A DNA stretch of 64,000 nt from a virus (lineage: Duplodnaviria > Heunggongvirae > Uroviricota > Caudoviricetes), in IMG/VR virus record IMGVR_UViG_3300032092_002720, positions 1-64,000 of that record. The stretch is one strand, 5' to 3'. Positions 54,518-61,660 of the stretch are shown one piece after another (position 1 is the first letter of the stretch; every line of letters begins with the position of its first letter). The translations under genes and the position numbers were made by a program. The notes under the pieces are model-generated. The model had not been told where the DNA came from and made no database searches. It saw only the letters and a list, made by a program, of their open reading frames with translations.

Positions 54518-54848
54518 AGTTAAGAGTCGTTCTGTCGAATCGTGGGGACCTCTTGCTTTTCTTAGCGAGAGTAAGTTCAATCAGATCCTCAACAGTCAGC
54601 CTGGTTCTACGAAGGATAAGATCAAGAAACTCAAGAAGCTCAAGACTTATAAGGTTCAGTTCAAGAAAGTTTGGCAATCAGGTTACTTTGAAATCCAGGC
54701 TCAAGATGACTACTCTGTTGGTATTGCAGCTAAGCAATACTTTAAGGAGAATGCAGAATCCATCGAGTTCGAAGAACAAGCTCGCAATCAGTGGGCAGAT
54801 GGTTATGCAGGTTATGATTCGTTTAGTTATGTAAAGGTAAGGAGTTAA
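54510..54848 (+). CDS. hypothetical protein
   Basis: AGGATAGGAATG SD. Confidence 0.3.
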   Translation: MFEVKSRSVESWGPLAFLSESKFNQILNSQPGSTKDKIKKLKKLKTYKVQFKKVWQSGYFEIQAQDDYSVGIAAKQYFKENAESIEFEEQARNQWADGYAGYDSFSYVKVRS

Positions 54849-54851
54849 GTT

Positions 54852-55094
54852 ATGTTTTGGTTATATGGTTTTATTGCATTGCTTTTAGGACGGACGTTCT
54901 ATGCAGGCATGAGTTATAAGACTCTGTTTTATCGTGATCCTAAGCGTTACGGTGAAACAGGTCAGCAGGTGGATGATGATCGGGTTGTTGGTTATATCCT
55001 GAGAACAGTCGTCGTTGCGCTTACTTGGCCGATATCTTTGCCTTTGATCGGCATCTTCAAAATTGGTCAGAAGTTTGGTAGGAAGGAAGCTTAA
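54852..55094 (+). CDS. small membrane protein
   Basis: Hydrophobic helices. Confidence 0.3.
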   Translation: MFWLYGFIALLLGRTFYAGMSYKTLFYRDPKRYGETGQQVDDDRVVGYILRTVVVALTWPISLPLIGIFKIGQKFGRKEA

Positions 55095-55095
55095 T

Positions 55096-55335
55096 ATGTG
55101 GTTATGGTTAATTGTTGCTATTTTGCTCATTGCAATTGGTGTGTATGTTCTCGGCACACTCGATTGGGATGAAGATCAAAAGGTCGGTCTGTTTTGGATT
55201 ATCTTTATTTGCTCGTTGTTGTGGCCGCTTGCACTTGGTATAGTAGTCGTAGCAGGTCCGTTTGTCGGTCTCTTCTGGCTCGGTAATCGCAAGCGTAAGA
55301 AGCTCGAGAAGGAAAAATCTACCACGAATAAATAA
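55096..55335 (+). CDS. small membrane protein
   Basis: Two TM helices, then a basic tail. Confidence 0.3.
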   Translation: MWLWLIVAILLIAIGVYVLGTLDWDEDQKVGLFWIIFICSLLWPLALGIVVVAGPFVGLFWLGNRKRKKLEKEKSTTNK

Positions 55336-55339
55336 GTGA

Positions 55340-55525
55340 ATGGTAGAAGAAAATGGTACTTACTTTGTAGGCATGTCTTTCGAAACCGAGGAGAACGAAG
55401 AGATCGTCTTCCCGGTGATGTTCCATACGAAGAATTACAAAGAAGCGCTGACACTCACTCGATGCATTGCCGCTGGCGATCCAAGAAAACGAGTGATGTT
55501 TGCAGATATTGATGAGGAGTTCTAA
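55340..55525 (+). CDS. hypothetical protein
   Basis: Short ORF. Confidence 0.25.
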   Translation: MVEENGTYFVGMSFETEENEEIVFPVMFHTKNYKEALTLTRCIAAGDPRKRVMFADIDEEF

Positions 55526-55526
55526 T

Positions 55527-55877
55527 ATGAAGAAACTTATTGCATCTTTAGTTGTCGGTAGTATGTTAATCTCTACTCCTGCCTTTGCTGATCATCGTCG
55601 AGATCGAAATCGCGACCATGTCCAGCAAGAGCGTCGTAAAGCTGGCTGTGGCTGGCTTTGCGGCGCTATCATTGGAGGTGTTGTAGTTGGTGCTCTGAGC
55701 TCGGGTAATCGAGATCGCGAGAGGGATCGCGAGAGAGAAAGAGATTATGAGCCATACAACGAAATCCGCTATTACCCGCCTGATTATAGATATGATAGAC
55801 GTTATTGTGTTCGCGAGCAGATTACCGAATGGTATCGTGGAGAACGCTACGTTTATTGGGAAACCCGTTGTAACTAA
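55527..55877 (+). CDS. Secreted RD/RE dipeptide-repeat protein
   Basis: Signal peptide MKKLIASLVVGSMLISTPAFA, then HRRDRNRDH ... RDRERDRERERD repeats. Confidence 0.4.
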   Translation: MKKLIASLVVGSMLISTPAFADHRRDRNRDHVQQERRKAGCGWLCGAIIGGVVVGALSSGNRDRERDRERERDYEPYNEIRYYPPDYRYDRRYCVREQITEWYRGERYVYWETRCN

Positions 55878-55887
55878 GGAATAATAT

Positions 55888-56325
55888 ATGAAGAATTTTA
55901 TTGCGCTAGCACTTGTGATGCTGGCAACTCCAGCTATCGCGCAGAAGACGCCTACAGGTGTGACGTATGATACTACCATTGTCCGTGCGATTGATGGTGA
56001 TACGATTGTCATTACCGCACCATACCTACCAGCTCCTCTTAAGCCTGAGCTCGGTGTTCGAATCTTTGGTGTCGATACACCTGAAAAGAGCTTTCGTGCC
56101 AAGTGTGAGAGCGAGAAGAAGCGTGGCGAACAATCCAGTGAATTCACCAATTTGGTAATCAAATCTACAAAGAAGCATCAGGTTGTTTTGTACGATTGGG
56201 ATAAGTTCGGTGGTCGTGTTCTTGGAGATATTCTCCTTGACGGCATGAGCCTTCGAGATCTTCTTATCAAGAACGGTTTTGCGCGTGCATATTTTGGTGA
56301 TGCAAAGCAATCTTGGTGCAATTAA
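55888..56325 (+). CDS. Secreted staphylococcal-nuclease (SNase/thermonuclease) homologue
   Basis: Signal peptide; RAIDGDTIVI and RIFGVDTPE match the SNase Ca-binding/active-site motifs. Confidence 0.6.
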   Translation: MKNFIALALVMLATPAIAQKTPTGVTYDTTIVRAIDGDTIVITAPYLPAPLKPELGVRIFGVDTPEKSFRAKCESEKKRGEQSSEFTNLVIKSTKKHQVVLYDWDKFGGRVLGDILLDGMSLRDLLIKNGFARAYFGDAKQSWCN

Positions 56326-56357
56326 GCATGTACAATTAAAGCCCGTTGGGGTATAAA
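56319..56357 (+). promoter_or_regulatory. Phage promoter motif copy driving the tmRNA region
   Basis: AAGCATGTACA (56327-34), N17, TATAAA at 56352-57; no ORF downstream for ~650 nt. Confidence 0.55.
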
Positions 56358-56405
56358 TAGAATATCAGTTGTTGACAATCAACGATAAAAGTGCCGAGGA
56401 CGCGG

Positions 56406-56800
56406 GGGCAGTACCCGCCGCCTCCACCATCTATACTGGCACCAAGAACGCCACGGGGTTACCTAGGGACTGCAGCCCGAAAAGCATCTGGTGAGAAGTG
56501 CAGGTAGCAGCCAGTATAGATGATGGGGGCGAACTAGGATCGACTGGGACAGAATAAGGCGGTTTGAGACTGATTGCTTGGCAAAGTGCCACTAAACATA
56601 AATGCTAACGATAACGATAGCTTTGCAGATATCCGCCTAGCGGCATGATCTACACGGGTATGGCTCCACCTTGGAACAGAACGGGCCACTTGCTACCAGT
56701 TGAATCGCTGGTGCTACGAGTCACCAGAAAAAACGCTGGTGTAAGTATAAATAAAATATCACGACGGAGGTTGAAATCCTCCATTGACTCTTGCAAAACT
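56406..56800 (+). ncRNA. ssrA: tmRNA (ssrA), apparently circularly permuted two-piece form
   Basis: 56406-56439 (GGACGCGGG-GGCAGUA-CCCGC-CGCCUCC-ACCA) is nearly identical in arrangement to the E. coli tmRNA 3' end. 56524-56549 (GGGGGCGAACUAGGAUCGACUGGGAC) matches the tmRNA 5' end, and GGGGGCG pairs with CGCCUCC including a G3:U wobble. A tag reading frame at 56603-56644 encodes ANDNDSFADIRLAA followed by UGA. The whole region is ORF-free. The 3' boundary is uncertain. Confidence 0.7.
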
Positions 56801-57007
56801 TCAAGTCTTAGATGGCTAGAAAGCGGCATCATTCGGATGCCACCGACGAAAACACTAATGATTTTGCATTTCCAGTAAGAGGGAAATGGATGGAAGATAC
56901 TTCGTTATTCTCTTGTGTATCTTCTTATAGCGGCAGAAAACTATATGGCTGGGATGCCTGTAAAGTAGTCTCTGTTTGCCAAAGTCATTGAGACTAAGAG
57001 GAAGAAC

Positions 57008-57586
57008 ATGAAACTTTTCGAAAATAGAAAAGATTATCCGTATCTACGCTGGGCCGAAGGCTTTGTCATAGGTATCATTGCAGTAACAGGTGTGGCTTTG
57101 GCTACTCCAACGAAAGAACCTGAAGTCAAGATCGTAAAGGTCCCAGTGGTTCAGGTAATCGAAAAAGAAAAAGTCGTAAAGAAGCCTGTTTATCTCAGTG
57201 CTCACGACAAAAAACAAATCCAATGCATGGCCGAGAATACATACTTCGAAGCGGGTCATGAACCTTATAAAGGTAGGATTGCGGTAAACAATGTTGTTTT
57301 GAACCGCGCTAAAGATAAAAGATTCCCTAGCACACCATGTGGAGTTATCAATCAGAGAACTGCGCGCGTATGCCAATTTTCATGGAAGTGTGAGGGAGGA
57401 AAGCGAATAGCTGATGCAGGCGCATATCGAAAAGCCAAAGAAATCGCCGAACACGTGTATCTCGGAAATTACGGTGACGTAACAAGAGGAGCAAAGTTTT
57501 ACCACGCAGATTACGTAAGCCCTTCATGGGGTAGAGTATTTGATCGCACCACCAAGATCGGTGCACATATTTTTTATAGAGGATGA
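57008..57586 (+). CDS. SleB/CwlJ-type cell-wall hydrolase with N-terminal signal-anchor
   Basis: N-terminal TM segment; then CMAENTYFEAGHEP...IAVNNVVLNRAKDKRFPSTPCGVINQ...QFSW, the Hydrolase_2 signature. Confidence 0.65.
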   Translation: MKLFENRKDYPYLRWAEGFVIGIIAVTGVALATPTKEPEVKIVKVPVVQVIEKEKVVKKPVYLSAHDKKQIQCMAENTYFEAGHEPYKGRIAVNNVVLNRAKDKRFPSTPCGVINQRTARVCQFSWKCEGGKRIADAGAYRKAKEIAEHVYLGNYGDVTRGAKFYHADYVSPSWGRVFDRTTKIGAHIFYRG

Positions 57587-57590
57587 TATT

Positions 57591-57836
57591 ATGGTGGACG
57601 ACGTCATTTCAACGAAAGCATTGACTTCTGAAAAGTTCATTAAAGAAATTGAACGATTGGTTTCTAATTATAACTTAGATTATATGGATGCCGTCGTCCA
57701 CTATTGCGAAAAGAATAACATCGAGATCGAGGCTGCTGCAAGTATCATTCGCAGTAACATTCGTATCAAGGCTCGTCTACAAGACGAAGCAGAAGATCTT
57801 AACTTCTTGCCAAAGAGGGCTAAGTTGCCAGTATGA
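57591..57836 (+). CDS. gp33-like late-transcription accessory protein (putative)
   Basis: Position (immediately 5' of gp59-gp32) and an acidic C-terminal helix collinear with T4 gp33. Weak. Confidence 0.35.
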   Translation: MVDDVISTKALTSEKFIKEIERLVSNYNLDYMDAVVHYCEKNNIEIEAAASIIRSNIRIKARLQDEAEDLNFLPKRAKLPV

Positions 57837-58408
57837 GCCCATTCGAGAGCTATACCACCTTTCTCGCCCTTAAAAATCACTTCACAACAGACAGTTACGA
57901 CTACATCAAATACAATGGCAAAGTAGGAGCAAAGCCTTCTAGCTTTGATGTGCGTAAGGACAAGTATCAGTTCTATAAGCTGTCAAAACATAAAGATCCA
58001 CTCAAATATCTGGTTGCCAACTTTGTAGACGGCGATCTGAAATGGATAGGCGATCTGTTCAGCGATGACTCAGAGAAAGTGTACAATGAATGGTTGAAGA
58101 GACAGCAGTCTCTTTCTTATATCTTTGAACAAGATATGAAAAAACTATGTACAAATTTCAACGATAATGTTATAGTAAAAAATGGACAGCATCCCTATCT
58201 GTTGAAACAATATCTTCGTCGAGAGATTTCTATCGAGACGGTGATTATCCTCAACGATATCTTCGGGTTCTTCGGTCATTGGAACAAGAAGATTGAGGAT
58301 ACAGTCCTATGGCCCAGCATCCACAAGAAGCTGCTGAAGTATAAGCCGTTCTTTCATTATGATGTATTCAGGTGTAGAAAAATTGTCAAGGACGTCTTTA
58401 TTTCATGA
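57833..58408 (+). CDS. 59: Helicase loader (T4 gp59-like)
   Basis: SYDYIKYNGKV...RKDKYQFYKLSKH...LVANFVDGDLKWIGDLFSDD is collinear with T4 gp59 (KYDVIKYNW...RRDKYFFQKLSEK...LVANQDAWIGDISD). Confidence 0.7.
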   Translation: MSPFESYTTFLALKNHFTTDSYDYIKYNGKVGAKPSSFDVRKDKYQFYKLSKHKDPLKYLVANFVDGDLKWIGDLFSDDSEKVYNEWLKRQQSLSYIFEQDMKKLCTNFNDNVIVKNGQHPYLLKQYLRREISIETVIILNDIFGFFGHWNKKIEDTVLWPSIHKKLLKYKPFFHYDVFRCRKIVKDVFIS

Positions 58409-58473
58409 TAAATACAGTTGCAGTTCGCTGCAATCTAAATACTTCGAAACACACCGACATATAGGAGATAACT

Positions 58474-59370
58474 ATGTCATTTGCAGACCTTAAGCGTTCT
58501 TCCAGCTCTTCTTTCGAGAAGCTCACTAAAGAACTTGCTAAACAAAACACCACCTATTCAGATCCCGATGAGGGCAAATATTGGAAGCCTACCGTCGATA
58601 AGGCTGGTAACGGATACGCTGTGATTCGTTTCCTTCCTGCTCCGGCAAACGAGGACATTCCTTTCGTTCGCATCTGGGACCATGGATTCCAAGGACCAAC
58701 AGGTCTTTGGTACATCGAGAAGTCGCTTACGACTCTCGGTAAAGACGATCCCGTGTCAGAATACAACAGCGTTCTTTGGAACACTGGTCTTGACTCTGAT
58801 AAGGAGATCGCACGCAAGCAGAAGCGCCGCTTGGCATACCACAGCAACATCTATGTTGTGAAGGATCCAGGCAATCCTGCGAACGAAGGTAAGGTCTTCC
58901 TGTACAAGTACGGAAAGAAGATCTTCGATAAGCTGAACGACCTCATGAACCCAGGTTTTGAGGACGAGAAGCCAGTAAATCCTTTCGATCTTTGGAACGG
59001 TGCTAATTTCAAGCTCAAAATTCGTAAGGTCGAAGGTTGGCCTAACTACGATAAGTCAGAATTCGACTCTCCCGCACCACTGTTCGATGATGACAGTGAG
59101 CTTGAACGTGTCTACACTCAAGAGTATTCGCTTGCCGAACTCGTAGATACAAAGCAATTCAAGTCTTATGAGGACCTCAAGACTCGTCTTAATACTGTCT
59201 TGGCACTTTCTGCGGAACCTGCTAAGATTCGCGGCGTTGATCGTGATGAAGAGGAGTATAAAGCTCCTGCGCCTACCTTCAAGGCGACTGCTGCACCTGC
59301 TGCGGCTTCTACGGTCGATGAAGACGACGATGATCTCGATTTCTTCAAACGACTTGCCGAAGAAGATTGA
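58474..59370 (+). CDS. 32: ssDNA-binding protein (T4 gp32-like)
   Basis: AGNGYAVIRFLP, YVVKDPGNPANEGKVFLYKYGKKIFDKL, and an acidic C-terminal tail (DEDDDDLDFF) match the T4 gp32 hallmarks. Confidence 0.85.
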   Translation: MSFADLKRSSSSSFEKLTKELAKQNTTYSDPDEGKYWKPTVDKAGNGYAVIRFLPAPANEDIPFVRIWDHGFQGPTGLWYIEKSLTTLGKDDPVSEYNSVLWNTGLDSDKEIARKQKRRLAYHSNIYVVKDPGNPANEGKVFLYKYGKKIFDKLNDLMNPGFEDEKPVNPFDLWNGANFKLKIRKVEGWPNYDKSEFDSPAPLFDDDSELERVYTQEYSLAELVDTKQFKSYEDLKTRLNTVLALSAEPAKIRGVDRDEEEYKAPAPTFKATAAPAAASTVDEDDDDLDFFKRLAEED

Positions 59371-59377
59371 TAAGGTG

Positions 59378-59410
59378 GGAAAGGGGGCCGAAAGGTCCCC
59401 TTTCTTTTTA
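59378..59410. terminator. Bidirectional intrinsic terminator hairpin
   Basis: GGGGGCC-GAAA-GGTCCCC between gp32 (+, ends 59370) and the - strand gene ending at 59408; T-run on + and A-run upstream. Confidence 0.7.
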
Positions 59411-61660
59411 TCTTAGCGTTGCTCCACGAGCCGTCTGAGTGTATACGATCTTTGGAAATCCCATACGTGTCAAGTAGAATTCGACTCCAGCCTTATCAGA
59501 AGTCGTAGGCATGTTTTGAACAGTAGAAGAACCTGTCGAGGCATTTAGATTCACTGGATCTGATCTTGTTGTAGCTACAGGTTCAGGTGTCTTCGTAGCG
59601 GCAACCGTAGCAGTTCTTTCTCGAGCAGCTCTTGCAATATTTCCTGACATTGTGTCATTTACTGTTGAAAGCTGAGATCCACTCGTAGGTGTCATGGTAT
59701 TACTTCCGAGTCCGGCACGTAGAATAGTGCCGATGGCTTCCATTGTGCCTTTGGTTAATTCTACTCCAGCGGTTGCAACTTGCTGCAATGTGCTACCATC
59801 ACCTCCACCTTCCATATCATAACCTTCCATTCCAGCTGGAATGGTAACTCCTCCCTTTCTTAGAAGTGGAGCAGGATTTACTGTATTTCCTTGAGTTGGC
59901 ACTGCATGCCCAGTTTTTTGCACGATGAAGTGCAAGTGATTACCTGTAGATGTTCCGGTACTTCCGACGTAACCAATAACTTGTCCTTGTTGAACGCTAT
60001 CACCAACTTTACATGCAAATTGCGATAAGTGAGCATATACGGTTTGATAACCATCACCGTGGTCGATTATGACTACATTGCCGAATCCGGAGTATGGTTT
60101 CTGGTTGTTACTGATCTTGGTAACAGTACCGCTCTTCACTGCTCGAACAGGAGTGCCTGCTGGTGCCTTGATATCAACACCGGTGTGAAATCTCATGCCG
60201 CCATATACTGGATGTCTTCTCATTCCATATGCGCTATTGATACTGTGTCCTTCTACAGGATTAATATAACCGTCTACAGAATTTTGTGCAGTATTTGACT
60301 TCGCTTCATCTTTTTTTGTTTTTCCGGCCGGAGTTGCGGCTGACGTAGGAGCTTCTTCTCCTCCAAGCCAACTCGGCATATTTCTTTGCCACCAATTGCG
60401 ATCATCTTGAACTGGAGTTGCAGCAGGAGCAGGGGCAGGAGTGGCCGCCGGTGGAGGTGTAGCTGGAGTCGAAGGTGTTGCAGCGGGAGGAGTTGATGTT
60501 GACGGAGAAGGAACTCGTGCGGCATCAGATCTATTGGCAGCCGGTGTATTAGCGCCCGCAGATGCGGCTGAAGATGGGGTATTTGTTTGAGTATTTGAAG
60601 AAGATGTAGGCCCAGGAAATGGCGTAGTGATTTCTTCTGGAGTTGCTGGTCCACTCGAAGCTCTGCCGTTTGAAGCAGAAGATTCTCCTGGACCAGGAAA
60701 CGCAGCGTCTTCTCCAGCCCCGCTAGAGGGCTGTGCAGCACCAGCAGATCTTTCTGTGTTTGCAGTTGGAGTGGCACCAGGAGTGGTCGAAGATTGTTCT
60801 CCTCGAGATTCTGGTGTTCCTACAATGCGAACTAAGCCTTCGTTAATAACTCCGGCGATGTCTGATGCAAAGTTATAAACTCCTTTTGCAAAACCTACAA
60901 TAGAATTAAAAGTTTCTTTTACTGGATCGAGTTGAGATATAAAGAGTGCGCCGGCTGCTGCAGCTCCGGCAACCAATATCGCTTGCGACTCCTTATTTGT
61001 TTTTTCTACTTCAGCATCAATATTATCTTCTTTTAGATTAGGTGTAGCATCTGTTTGTATTGCTGACTGTTCTATTGCTTGTTCTTTTGCAGAAACACTT
61101 TGCGAATTGGCAATTGCCATATCATTCGCAAGTCTCTGCTTTAAATAGCCGTCAATAACAGATAGCTTCTCTATCATTCGAATGATTGGAGAGTTAATCT
61201 TTACATTCGCTACAGAAAACTGCCCGCCGCCTGTGGGCTTTTTTACTTTCTGCTTTGCTGCCTGTCCTGCCACTCCCATTCCCGTAAAGACTTGTCCAGC
61301 TGCAGCTTTCTTCGCCCAACTTTCGTAAAGCTTTTCTTCTTCAGTCGTGCCTTGCACAATGCCTTGATAGGCAGCTTCGATAAGCTTACTGAAAGCAGGA
61401 TTCGCTGCATCCTTTGTTTTCTTATCGATCCATACTTTGCTGTTAAGATCCCATACGTATTCTGTTTTTCCCAGTTTTACAACTGGACGAGAAGTATCGA
61501 TTTTAACACGCTTCTTCTTTCCTTCAGGAGAATTTTCAACCTGAAGCCTATTTAGAAGTGAAAGCAGTCCTTCAGGCGCTTTTGCTTTTGATTTTTGATC
61601 TACCCAACCATCAGCCGTTTTAATAAACGTTTGACCGCCAATTGTAACTGGTTCAGCCAT
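59408..61660 (-). CDS. Large virion-associated M23 peptidase protein with Pro/Thr/Ala-rich linker
   Basis: Peptidase_M23 motifs HTGVDIKAPAGTPV and GSTGTSTGNHLHF. A ~150-aa PT/PA low-complexity linker. N-terminal GMGVAGQAAK and C-terminal AIGTILRAGLGSNTMTPTSGSQLS blocks are shared with the neighbouring paralogue. Confidence 0.7.
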   Translation of the reverse strand: MAEPVTIGGQTFIKTADGWVDQKSKAKAPEGLLSLLNRLQVENSPEGKKKRVKIDTSRPVVKLGKTEYVWDLNSKVWIDKKTKDAANPAFSKLIEAAYQGIVQGTTEEEKLYESWAKKAAAGQVFTGMGVAGQAAKQKVKKPTGGGQFSVANVKINSPIIRMIEKLSVIDGYLKQRLANDMAIANSQSVSAKEQAIEQSAIQTDATPNLKEDNIDAEVEKTNKESQAILVAGAAAAGALFISQLDPVKETFNSIVGFAKGVYNFASDIAGVINEGLVRIVGTPESRGEQSSTTPGATPTANTERSAGAAQPSSGAGEDAAFPGPGESSASNGRASSGPATPEEITTPFPGPTSSSNTQTNTPSSAASAGANTPAANRSDAARVPSPSTSTPPAATPSTPATPPPAATPAPAPAATPVQDDRNWWQRNMPSWLGGEEAPTSAATPAGKTKKDEAKSNTAQNSVDGYINPVEGHSINSAYGMRRHPVYGGMRFHTGVDIKAPAGTPVRAVKSGTVTKISNNQKPYSGFGNVVIIDHGDGYQTVYAHLSQFACKVGDSVQQGQVIGYVGSTGTSTGNHLHFIVQKTGHAVPTQGNTVNPAPLLRKGGVTIPAGMEGYDMEGGGDGSTLQQVATAGVELTKGTMEAIGTILRAGLGSNTMTPTSGSQLSTVNDTMSGNIARAARERTATVAATKTPEPVATTRSDPVNLNASTGSSTVQNMPTTSDKAGVEFYLTRMGFPKIVYTQTARGATLR

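Noticed and set aside
56766-56782. GGAGG-UUGAAAU-CCUCC hairpin as a tRNA gene or as the T-arm of a standard one-piece tmRNA
   Set aside because: It is not followed by an acceptor strand complementary to GGGGGCG nor by CCA. The CGCCUCC-ACCA acceptor end lies upstream at 56429-56439 instead, so a standard-order tmRNA does not fit. No cloverleaf could be built around the hairpin.
60274-60777. ORF 60274-60777 (-) and 60627-60878 (+) within the PT-rich region of the M23 protein gene
   Set aside because: These are alternative-frame artefacts of the repetitive Pro/Thr/Ala codon run inside the 750-aa gene.
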